Origin: Candidatus Eiseniibacteriota bacterium
GTDB taxonomy: Bacteria; ARS69
Direction: 5' to 3'
Length of the DNA: 33,216 bases
Assembly: GCA_052390515.1 (NCBI GenBank)
Contig: JBQTGV010000099.1
Coordinates: forward strand, 1 to 33,216
The position numbers and the translations under genes were made by a program. Under the pieces are notes generated by a model, which saw nothing but the letters and a program-made list of their open reading frames with translations, was not told the DNA's origin and searched no databases. Of the stretch, positions 9,247-17,300 are shown piece by piece; the first letter of the stretch is position 1, and every line of letters begins with the position of its first letter.

Positions 9247-12200
9247 ATGGTTCCCTCGACGCGTCGCCTGTCGCTGCTCGCCGTCCTCGCCGCTCTCTGC
9301 CGGCAAGGCATTCCCTCGCCCGCCCTCGCCGATCCGGGGTACCTGCGCTACCCGGACATCCACGGCGACCGGATCGTCTTCTGCGCCGAGGGCGACCTGT
9401 GGACGGCGCCGGCTTCCGGGGGAACCGCCCGGCGGTTGACCTCGCATCCGGGCGTCGAGTACTTCCCGCGCTTCTCGCCCGACGGCGGGGCGATCGCCTT
9501 CACCGGCGAGTACGACGGCAACACGGACGCGTTCGTGATGCCGGCGGAAGGGGGCGAGCCCCGCCGCCTCACCTGGCATCCCTACGCCGACGAGGTGCTG
9601 GGGTGGACGCTCGACGGGAAGGAAGTGCTCTTCCGCAGCCGCCGCGACACCCCCCACGGCGACTGGCAGATCTACTCGGTGTCGGCCGCCGGCGGAGACC
9701 CGCGGGTCCTGCCCATCGGGCGTGCCAGCCGGGTCGCCGTGGATCCCGAGTCCGGGGTATGGGCCCTGAACCGAACCGACCGCGAGCGCGCCACGTGGAA
9801 GCGCTACCGAGGGGGCACGAACGCCGACATCTGGGTCGGCCATCCGGACCGGGCCGACTTCGCGAACGTCACGTCGTTCTCCGGCCACGACATGATGCCC
9901 ATGTGGCAAGGCGGGCGGATCTGGTTCGCGAGCGATGAGGGGGGCACGCTCGAGCTGTGGTCCATGAGACCGGACGGATCCGACCGCACGCGCCACACCG
10001 ATCACGGTGACTGGGATCTGCGATACCCTGAGATGGGCGACCGCGGTCGGATCGTGTACATGATCGCCGGCGACGTCGGCCTCTACGACATCGTCGCGGG
10101 AACGGACACACGCGTCGCCATCGACATCCCCAGCGAGCGCTCGCTCACCCGGCAGCGTTACCCCGACGCCGAGAAGTACGTGACCGGATTCGATCTCTCG
10201 CCCCACGGCGAGCGGCTCGCCGTCGTCGCGCGCGGCGAGATCTTTTCCGTGCCCGTCGAAGAGGGAGTGACTCTCGCGGTGACGTCAGGCAGCGGCGCCC
10301 GCGAGCGGGGCGCGAGCTTCGATGCGGACGGCGAGCGCGTCTTCTTCGTCAGCGACGCCTCGGGCGAAGAGGACATCCGCTCATTGGACGCCTGGGGTCG
10401 CGGCCGTCCCGAGGTGGTCAAGGCGGCCGGCGAGGCCGGCTGGCACTTCGCCCCGGCACCTTCCCCGGACGGCAAGTGGATCGCCTACGCCGACCAGACG
10501 CACACGCTCCACGTCGTTCCGGCGAAGGGCGGACGTCCCGTCGCGGTGGACCGGTCCGAGCAGGAGGAGATCCGCGAGTACGTCTGGAGCCCGGATGGGC
10601 GCTTCCTCGCGTACACCAAGTCTCCGCGAACCTCGTTCTACTCCATCTACGTCTGGGACTCGCGGGACCGCTCCGTGCACCGCGTCACCGGGGACGAGAC
10701 GATCGACGTCTCGCCGGCGTGGGATCCGGACGGACGCTGGCTCGCGTTCCTGAGCGCGCGGACGGTGAACCCCGTCCTCGACCCCTCCTGGCGGGAGTTC
10801 AACAACGTCGACGTGCTGAGCACGAAGCCGTACTTGGTGCTGCTGCGGGACGACGAGAAGGACCCGTTCGAGAAGAGAGAGGGACTGCCCGGCGAGGAAG
10901 GCGACAAGTCGGACTCGAAGAAGGACAAGAAGAAGGGCGAGAAGGAGGATGACGGCGAGGGCGAGGACGAGGGCAAGGAGAAGAAGAAGGCCGAGCCCGT
11001 CGAGATCGACTGGGAAGGCCTCTCCCGCCGCGTCGTCGAGGTCCCGGTGGATGCCGGCATCCTCTCCGGCCTCTCGGCGACGTCCTCCCACCTCTACTGG
11101 GTTTCCCGTCCCGTGCAGGGCATCGCCTCGGACGACGACTCCCCCTCCGGCAAGCTGGTGATGTTCGACATCGAGGAGGAGGAAGAGGAGACGGTCGCCG
11201 AGGGCGTGTCCGCGTACGAGGTGGAGGCCGGGGCCGAGAAGATCGCGTTCCAGAAGGAACGCGGAAAGCTGTTCGTCATCGATGCGGGCGAGGAAGCCCC
11301 CGAGGACCTGGACGAGCACGCGGTCTCGCTCGGCGACGTGGTCATCGATCTCGACCCGCGCGAGGAGTGGCGGCAGATGTTCCTCGAGGGCTGGCGGCAC
11401 ATGCGCGACTTCGTGTGGACCGCGGATCTCGCCGGGGTGGACTGGGTGCGGGTGCGGGACCAGTACCTGACGCTCCTGCCGCGTCTCGCCATCCGCGACG
11501 ATCTGCGGGACTTGATGGGCGAGGTGATCGGCGAACTGGCCACGTCGCACACCTACGTGTACGGCGGCGATCCCGGCGTGGACCGGAAGCGCGTCCCCAC
11601 CGGCCTGCTGGGCGGGAGGCTCTCGCGCGAAGGAGACGCCTACCGCATCGACAAGATCTACCGCGGCGACGTCGCCGACCTCGACCGGGGTCCGCTGGAC
11701 GCTCCGGACGTGACCGTGCGCGAGGGCGAGTACATCGTCGCCGTGAATCACCGGCCGTTCGAGCCGGGAGTGCCGCTGGAGGCGGCGCTCGAGAACCTGG
11801 CCGACCGCCGCGTGGTGCTCACCGTGGCGAAGTCCGCGGACGGCGGGGGCTCCCGCGACGTGATGGTGACTCCCGTGGCGAGCGAGGAGAGGCTGATCTA
11901 CATCGACTGGGTGCGGGCGAACCGCGAGAAGGTGGCTGCCGCGACCGGTGGACGAATGGGTTACATCCACCTTCCCGACATGGGCAGCTCCGGCCTCACC
12001 GAGTTCAACCGCTGGTTCTATCCGCAGACGGACAGGGAAGGCATGGTCGTCGACTGCCGTTGGAACGGCGGCGGCTACGTCTCGCAGCTCATTCTGGAAC
12101 GGCTCCGCCGCACGGTGGTGAGCTTCGACCGCTCGCGCGGCGGCGGGGTCTACACGTATCCGTACCGCACGCTGAACGGGCCGTTCGTGGTGCTCACCAA

Positions 12201-12588
12201 CGAGCAGGCCGGCTCCGACGGGGACATCTTCCCGTACGCGGTGCAGTACCTGGGCCTCGCTCCGATCATCGGGCAGCGCTCCTGGGGAGGCGTCATCGGC
12301 ATCCGCGACGATAAGCGGCTGGTCGACGAGGGGCACCTGACGCAGCCGGAGTACGCGTGGTGGGATCCCAAGCGCGGCTGGGCCATGGAGAACTACGGGG
12401 TCGATCCGGACATCGAGGTCGTGGAGTACCCGCACGACGACGCGCGCGGCATCGACGCGCAGCTCGACCGCGGCGTCGAGGAAGTGCTGAGGATGCTCGC
12501 GGAGAACCCGCCGCCGAAGCCCACCTTCGAAGGCGAGATCCCGGACAAGAGCCGCGAGGGATTCCGGCGGAGGGATCTCGGGCGGTAG
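9247..12588 (+). CDS. Exported tricorn-like protease (peptidase S41)
   Basis: Signal peptide, then YLRYPDIHGDRIVF, PD40 propeller repeats, TSHTY (His), PDZ-like region, GYIHLPDM, WNGGG, AGSDGD (Ser), ENYGVDPD. GGAGG SD before ATG 9247. Confidence 0.96.
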   Translation: MVPSTRRLSLLAVLAALCRQGIPSPALADPGYLRYPDIHGDRIVFCAEGDLWTAPASGGTARRLTSHPGVEYFPRFSPDGGAIAFTGEYDGNTDAFVMPAEGGEPRRLTWHPYADEVLGWTLDGKEVLFRSRRDTPHGDWQIYSVSAAGGDPRVLPIGRASRVAVDPESGVWALNRTDRERATWKRYRGGTNADIWVGHPDRADFANVTSFSGHDMMPMWQGGRIWFASDEGGTLELWSMRPDGSDRTRHTDHGDWDLRYPEMGDRGRIVYMIAGDVGLYDIVAGTDTRVAIDIPSERSLTRQRYPDAEKYVTGFDLSPHGERLAVVARGEIFSVPVEEGVTLAVTSGSGARERGASFDADGERVFFVSDASGEEDIRSLDAWGRGRPEVVKAAGEAGWHFAPAPSPDGKWIAYADQTHTLHVVPAKGGRPVAVDRSEQEEIREYVWSPDGRFLAYTKSPRTSFYSIYVWDSRDRSVHRVTGDETIDVSPAWDPDGRWLAFLSARTVNPVLDPSWREFNNVDVLSTKPYLVLLRDDEKDPFEKREGLPGEEGDKSDSKKDKKKGEKEDDGEGEDEGKEKKKAEPVEIDWEGLSRRVVEVPVDAGILSGLSATSSHLYWVSRPVQGIASDDDSPSGKLVMFDIEEEEEETVAEGVSAYEVEAGAEKIAFQKERGKLFVIDAGEEAPEDLDEHAVSLGDVVIDLDPREEWRQMFLEGWRHMRDFVWTADLAGVDWVRVRDQYLTLLPRLAIRDDLRDLMGEVIGELATSHTYVYGGDPGVDRKRVPTGLLGGRLSREGDAYRIDKIYRGDVADLDRGPLDAPDVTVREGEYIVAVNHRPFEPGVPLEAALENLADRRVVLTVAKSADGGGSRDVMVTPVASEERLIYIDWVRANREKVAAATGGRMGYIHLPDMGSSGLTEFNRWFYPQTDREGMVVDCRWNGGGYVSQLILERLRRTVVSFDRSRGGGVYTYPYRTLNGPFVVLTNEQAGSDGDIFPYAVQYLGLAPIIGQRSWGGVIGIRDDKRLVDEGHLTQPEYAWWDPKRGWAMENYGVDPDIEVVEYPHDDARGIDAQLDRGVEEVLRMLAENPPPKPTFEGEIPDKSREGFRRRDLGR

Positions 12589-12625
12589 TACGGAGCGTCA
12601 GCGGCGCGGCGTGGTCCCGGCGCGT

Positions 12626-13057
12626 TCAGGAACCGCCGTCCAGCGCCTCGTTCGCCAGGCGGTCGGCTTCGCCGTTCTCCTCGCGGGGGACGTGGCGCAC
12701 GCGGAAGCGGCGGAAGCCGCGGATCACTTCATCGAGCCGCCGCTTGAGCTGCTGCAGAGCCGGCTGCCGGACGCGGTACTGGCCGCCGAGCTGCTTCACG
12801 ATGAGCTCGGAGTCCATGCGCAGCTCGAGCTCGGTGAGGCCCAGCTCTCGCGCCTTCTCCAGCGCGGCGATGGCGCCGCGGTACTCCGCCACGTTGTTCG
12901 TCGCGCGGCCGATGCGCTCGCCGCCGGCGAAGAGCTCCGATCCGTCGGCGGCGACGATGCGGATCCCGTAGGCGGCCGGTCCCGGATTCCCGCGGGAAGC
13001 CCCGTCGGAGTAGGCGACGGCGGAGCCGCGGCCCGCTCCGTCCGCCTCAGAACCCAA
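12626..13057 (-). CDS. rnhA: Ribonuclease HI family protein (stand-alone)
   Basis: SDGASRGNPG, TNNVAEY, MDSELIV, HVPREENGEADRLAN. TTG start overlaps the zinc-ribbon gene end. Confidence 0.92.
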   Translation of the reverse strand: MGSEADGAGRGSAVAYSDGASRGNPGPAAYGIRIVAADGSELFAGGERIGRATNNVAEYRGAIAALEKARELGLTELELRMDSELIVKQLGGQYRVRQPALQQLKRRLDEVIRGFRRFRVRHVPREENGEADRLANEALDGGS

Positions 13058-13778
13058 CCTGTTCCTCTTCCTGGGGAACCCAGACCTGGATGCGGCCGCA
13101 CTGTTCGCAGAGGAGCATCTTGGCGCCCTGCTTGATCTCCTGCAGCCGCTGCGGCGGGTGGGTGAACCCGCAGCCCCCGCACGCGCCGCGCTTCACCACT
13201 CCGACGAAGGGGGGACGCCCGCGCCGGCGCAGCCGCCGGTAGTACGCGATCACCGGACCGGGGATCTTCTCGACCAGCGGAGCCTGGAGCACAGCCGCCT
13301 CGTCATGGATTCGCTTGAGCTCCGCGGTCCTGGCGTCGAGTGCCGCCCGCTGCTCGCCGGCCACGCGCTCCGTCTCGGCCAGCGCGCTCTCCGTCTCGGG
13401 CAGCCTGAGCTTGGCCTCCTCCAGCCGTTCGATCCACTTGAGCCCCGACTCCTCCAGCGCGTCGGCCCGGTCCTTGAGCGCATCCATCTCGTGATTGAAG
13501 GCCTCGTACTCCACCTGGTTGCGCACTCCCATCTGCTGGGTCTGGAGCTTTTTGAAGCGCTCGTTGTTGGTCACCAGCTCCAGCTCGAAGTGGCGGTGTT
13601 GGCTCTGCGCCTGCGCGAGCTCCGCCGCCACGCGGTCCCTGGCGGCGCGCGCCAGGTTCACCGGGCCCTCGATGTCCGCGATCTGCCGCGCGAGGGTCTC
13701 GTTGTGGCGCTCGTACTCGATGAGCTTGAGGTCGAGCCCCTGCAGTTCGAGCAGAGCCTGGATCTCCTCGGCGGTCAC
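13047..13778 (-). CDS. Coiled-coil + C4 zinc-ribbon protein (DUF164 / CT398-like)
   Basis: LLELQGLD start, long coiled coil, CGGC...CEQCGRI. GGAGG SD before GTG. Confidence 0.9.
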   Translation of the reverse strand: MTAEEIQALLELQGLDLKLIEYERHNETLARQIADIEGPVNLARAARDRVAAELAQAQSQHRHFELELVTNNERFKKLQTQQMGVRNQVEYEAFNHEMDALKDRADALEESGLKWIERLEEAKLRLPETESALAETERVAGEQRAALDARTAELKRIHDEAAVLQAPLVEKIPGPVIAYYRRLRRRGRPPFVGVVKRGACGGCGFTHPPQRLQEIKQGAKMLLCEQCGRIQVWVPQEEEQVGF

Positions 13779-13804
13779 GTCGCCTCCTCGCGTGCTCGGC
13801 GGGC

Positions 13805-13838
13805 AACAAAAACGGGTCCGCCCGCCTCGGCGCACCCG
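13805..13838 (-). terminator. Intrinsic terminator-like hairpin after the tRNA pair
   Basis: CGGGT-G-CGCC...GGCG-G-ACCCG followed by TTTTTGTT on the minus strand. Confidence 0.55.
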
Positions 13839-13915
13839 AAGGTCCCGGCTCGGGACGAAGGATGTCGCGTGGCGAGTGCGGAAGCCGTGGGTGTTCGCTC
13901 CTTCGTCGGGCGGGA

Positions 13916-13993
13916 TGGTGGGCGATACTGGACTTGAACCAGTGACCTCCCGCGTGTGAGGCGGGCGCTCTGGACCAACTGAGCTAATCGCCC
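13916..13993 (-). tRNA. tRNA-Val (CAC)
   Basis: Full cloverleaf GGGCGAT...ATCGCCC-ACCA; anticodon arm CCCGC-CTCACAC-GCGGG; T-loop TTCAAGT; CCA encoded. Confidence 0.97.
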
Positions 13994-14009
13994 TCGTCCC
14001 GCCAGCCTC

Positions 14010-14086
14010 TGGTGGGCCCACTTGGACTCGAACCAAGGACCGACCGGTTATGAGCCGGCTGCTCTAACCGCCTGAGCTATGGGCCC
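14010..14086 (-). tRNA. tRNA with CAT anticodon, probably tRNA-Ile2
   Basis: GGGCCCA...TGGGCCC-ACCA; anticodon arm GCCGG-CTCATAA-CCGGT. G1-C72 pair and no GGG/CCC anticodon stem, so not initiator. Confidence 0.93.
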
Positions 14087-14112
14087 GGTTTGTCGCAGCC
14101 AGTCGAACCGGG

Positions 14113-14142
14113 ATTGTTATCACGCGCTCCCGGGACGGTCAA
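14113..14142 (-). promoter_or_regulatory. Putative sigma70 promoter of the tRNA pair
   Basis: TTGACC-N17/18-(T)AACAAT, about 26 nt upstream of tRNA-Ile2. Confidence 0.6.
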
Positions 14143-14194
14143 GGCCGGCGGCGCGGCCTTGACACGCAAGCGCTTGGCCCCCCTCATCTTCCCC

Positions 14195-15028
14195 ATGATC
14201 GACTACCTCGACGGTACGGTCGACTTCGACGATCCGCGCGTCGTCTCGGCGTTCGACGAGGCCACTCTGTGGTCCTCCCGATTCGGGACGCTGCTGCTCG
14301 ACCATCTGCCGATGGCGGGCGGCCGGCGCATCCTGGACCTCGGCTGCGGCACCGGGTTTCCGCTCTTCGAGCTGGCGAACCGCCACGGCCGCTCGTGCCG
14401 ACTGGTCGGCGTGGACGTCTGGGGGGCGGCGCTGCGGCGGGCGGCGGCGAAGCGCGAGGCGTACGGACTGAGCCGCGTCGCGCTGGTCCGCGGCGACGGC
14501 GCGCGTCTTCCCTTCGCCGACCGTGCGTTCGACGTCGTCGTCTCCAACCTCGGCGTGAACAACTTCGCCGATCCCGCCCCCGCCGTCGGCGAGTGCGCAC
14601 GCGTGTCGAAGCGGGGCGCCGTCTTCGCGCTGACGACGAACCCGCGCGGCTGCATGGCCGAGCTCTACGACTCGTTTCGGGAGACGCTGAGGGCCGCGGG
14701 GTCCGCCGCGCTGATCGCCGCGCTGGACGGGCAGGAAGCGCATCGCCTGGTGCTCCCCGACCTTCGCAGGATGCTGGAGAGCGCCGGCTTCGCGCTCGAG
14801 CGCGTCGTCGAGGACGAGCTTCGAATCCGCGCGGTCGACGGCGGTGCCTTCCTGCGCCACACGCTCATCCGCTTCGGGTTCCTGGACGGCTGGCGCGGCG
14901 TCGTGCCGGCGGAACGGCAGCAGGCGGTCTTCGCGGCGCTGGAGGCGAAGCTCGACGAGCGAGCGCGCACGGACGGCGAGCTCACGTTCCACGTCCCGAT
15001 GCTGTACTTGGAAGCGCGCCGGACCTGA
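14195..15028 (+). CDS. Class I SAM-dependent methyltransferase
   Basis: ILDLGCGTG, VGVDVW, GDGARLPFADRAFDVVVSN. Confidence 0.9.
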   Translation: MIDYLDGTVDFDDPRVVSAFDEATLWSSRFGTLLLDHLPMAGGRRILDLGCGTGFPLFELANRHGRSCRLVGVDVWGAALRRAAAKREAYGLSRVALVRGDGARLPFADRAFDVVVSNLGVNNFADPAPAVGECARVSKRGAVFALTTNPRGCMAELYDSFRETLRAAGSAALIAALDGQEAHRLVLPDLRRMLESAGFALERVVEDELRIRAVDGGAFLRHTLIRFGFLDGWRGVVPAERQQAVFAALEAKLDERARTDGELTFHVPMLYLEARRT

Positions 15029-15104
15029 TCCGCCCCGAAGATGCGCGGACGCTTCACCGACCACGATTCGCGCCGGCACCGTAGCTTGGGCGAAGGGGGG
15101 ACGC

Positions 15105-15629
15105 ATGCGTTTCGATCTTCTCCGAGCCGTGGAGATCCTGGAACGGACCCCGGGCGTGCTTCGCGCGCTCCTCGACGGACTCTCCGACGACTGGACCCTG
15201 GCGAAGGAGCCGCCGGACGCGTGGAGCCCCTTCGACGTGGTCGGCCACCTGATCCACGGCGAGGAGACGGACTGGATTCCCCGCGCGCGGATCATTCTGA
15301 CCGACGGGGAGCGGCGGACGTTCGAGCCGTTCGACCGTTTCGCGCAGCTCGAGAAGTCGAAGGGGAAGTCGATGGCGGCGCTGCTCGACGAGTTCGCCGC
15401 GGCGCGGCGGCGAAGCCTCGATGCACTGCAGGCGATGAGCCTCGGGCCGCGGGATCTGGAGAGAACCGGGCGCCATCCCGAGTTCGGCGTCGTGACGCTG
15501 GCTCAGCACCTGGCGACGTGGACGGTCTCTGACTTGGCGCACACGCGGCAGATCACGCGGACGATGGCGAAGCAGTGGGCCGACGAGATCGGGCCGTGGC
15601 GGGCATACATGCGGGTGGTGTCGGAATGA
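15105..15629 (+). CDS. DinB family protein
   Basis: WSPFDVVGHL, FEPFDR, HPEFGVVTL, WTVSDLAH. GGGGGA SD. Confidence 0.88.
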   Translation: MRFDLLRAVEILERTPGVLRALLDGLSDDWTLAKEPPDAWSPFDVVGHLIHGEETDWIPRARIILTDGERRTFEPFDRFAQLEKSKGKSMAALLDEFAAARRRSLDALQAMSLGPRDLERTGRHPEFGVVTLAQHLATWTVSDLAHTRQITRTMAKQWADEIGPWRAYMRVVSE

Positions 15630-15635
15630 CGGGGG

Positions 15636-16592
15636 CTACCAGGGCAGCCTGTCCAGATCCACGTTTCCGCCGGAGAGGATGACGCCGACCTTCGCCATCC
15701 CCGGCAGCCCGCGCATCTCCTCCGACAGCGCCGCCGCCACCGCGACCGCCGAGCTCGGCTCGATGAGCAGCTTCGCGCGCTCCCAGGAGAGTCGCATCGC
15801 CTGCACGATCTCCTCCTCGCCGACGGTGACGACGCGCTCGACTTGGTCCCGCACGAACGGCCAGGTCAGCTCGCCGAGGCTGGTGCGCAGCCCGTCGGCG
15901 ATCGTCCGCGGATCGGTCTGCATCACGCGCGCGCCCTGCGCCTTGGAGCGCGCCGCGTCGTCCGCCCCCTTCGGCTCCGCCGCGAAGATCTTCGCCCCCG
16001 GACGCAGCGCGCCCACCGTGATGCACGTGCCGGAGACGAGCCCGCCGCCGCCCACCGGCGCGATCACCGCATCGAGATCAGGCACCTCTTCCAGCAGCTC
16101 GAGCGCCGCCGTCCCCTGCCCGGCGATCACGTCGGGGTGATCGTAGGGCGCGATCATCGTGCCGCCGGTCTCGGCAAGCACGCGCGCCGCGGTGGATTCC
16201 CGCGCCGGCAGCGTCGACTCGCACAGGACGACGCGCGCGCCGTAGCCTTCGACGGCGCGGAGCTTGGGCACGGCGGAGTTCTCCGGCATGACGATGTGCG
16301 CGGGGATGCCGCGGAGCTTCGCCGCCAGCGCCAGCGCCTGCGCGTGGTTTCCGGAGCTGTGCGTCACCACGCCGCGAACGGCGACGTCCTCGGCGAGACG
16401 GCTCACCGCGTTGAAGGCGCCGCGGAACTTGAACGCGCCGACTCTCTGCAGGTGTTCGCACTTGAAGAAGAGGCGGCGGCCGGCCAGTCGGTCCAGCGTG
16501 GAGCAGGTCATCACCGGCGTGCGGTGAGCGATTCCGGCCAGCCGTGCGGCGGCGTCGCGGATGTCGGCGAAGGTCAAAACGGTGGGCGGCAT
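15636..16592 (-). CDS. PLP fold-type II serine racemase / Ser-Thr dehydratase-like enzyme
   Basis: FFKCE, GAFKFRGA (PLP Lys), THSSGNH, AGQGT, PVGGGG, EPKGADD, TIADGL, IEPSS, LSGGNVD. Confidence 0.93.
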   Translation of the reverse strand: MPPTVLTFADIRDAAARLAGIAHRTPVMTCSTLDRLAGRRLFFKCEHLQRVGAFKFRGAFNAVSRLAEDVAVRGVVTHSSGNHAQALALAAKLRGIPAHIVMPENSAVPKLRAVEGYGARVVLCESTLPARESTAARVLAETGGTMIAPYDHPDVIAGQGTAALELLEEVPDLDAVIAPVGGGGLVSGTCITVGALRPGAKIFAAEPKGADDAARSKAQGARVMQTDPRTIADGLRTSLGELTWPFVRDQVERVVTVGEEEIVQAMRLSWERAKLLIEPSSAVAVAAALSEEMRGLPGMAKVGVILSGGNVDLDRLPW

Positions 16593-16598
16593 GCCGGC

Positions 16599-16631
16599 AG
16601 GATAGGCGAAACCGGCAACGTTGGGTAAGGT
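16599..16631. promoter_or_regulatory. Overlapping divergent -10 elements, each 6 nt from an ATG
   Basis: Minus TATCCT-GCCGGC-ATG(16592); plus TAAGGT-GCGCCC-ATG(16638). Confidence 0.55.
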
Positions 16632-16637
16632 GCGCCC

Positions 16638-17291
16638 ATGTCTCGCGCCGCCCGCGCCGCCGCGTGGATCTTCGGCTTCGGCTCCCCCGTCGCCCTCGCC
16701 TCCTCCGCGGCCTCGCAAGACTTCACCGTCTATGCGAGCGCCGGCCCCACCTTCCCGCAGAACCCGCCGGAGTTTACCGACTTCTGGAAAACCGGCCCGA
16801 GCCTCGGCGTCGGCTTCGGCACGCGCGTGTCGGAGATCTGGGAGATCGTCGGCTCCTTGCAGTGGCAGCGCTTTCCCGCGGACGAGAGCGCGCAGATCGA
16901 CGACTTGCTGCTGCAGGGCCCCGGGGGAGAGATACTCCCGATCCGGTCCCTCGACGGGCGCGACGCGACGTCGCTCGCGCTCATGGCCGAGGCACGCTTC
17001 CCCGTTCCGACGGAGAGCGGCCGGATTCTCCCGCACCTGACGTTCGGGTGGGGCTTCCTCGAGGTGCGTACCTCCGACGCCACCGCCACCGCGGACGTTC
17101 CCGGCTTCGAGCCGGTCACCATCCTGGGCGACACCGACGGTGCGTTCGGCGTCGTGGTCGGTGCCGGCGTCGAGCTGCCCGTCTCGCGCGGGACGCGCCT
17201 GCTGCTGGACTCGATCTACACGGTCGGATTCACCGACGGCGCGAGCACGCAGTACCTGCCGCTGCGAGTCGGAGTCGGCTTCGCGCTCTGA
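16638..17291 (+). CDS. Outer-membrane beta-barrel protein (small, OmpA/OmpW-like)
   Basis: Signal-like N-terminus, alternating amphipathic strands (GPSLGVGFG, PHLTFGWG, GVVVGAGVE), C-terminal YLPLRVGVGFAL. Confidence 0.7.
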   Translation: MSRAARAAAWIFGFGSPVALASSAASQDFTVYASAGPTFPQNPPEFTDFWKTGPSLGVGFGTRVSEIWEIVGSLQWQRFPADESAQIDDLLLQGPGGEILPIRSLDGRDATSLALMAEARFPVPTESGRILPHLTFGWGFLEVRTSDATATADVPGFEPVTILGDTDGAFGVVVGAGVELPVSRGTRLLLDSIYTVGFTDGASTQYLPLRVGVGFAL

Positions 17292-17300
17292 GCGGCCGGC

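Noticed and set aside
10890-10995. Purine-rich Lys/Glu/Asp low-complexity stretch
   Set aside because: In-frame charged linker of the kind common in bacterial tricorn proteases; not a repeat array.
13047-13057. Frameshift fusion of zinc-ribbon protein and RNase HI
   Set aside because: No slippery sequence; the TTG start has a GAGGA SD, consistent with ordinary overlap.
13916-14086. tRNA pair as an island integration site
   Set aside because: No integrase and no duplicated tRNA 3' end seen in the window.
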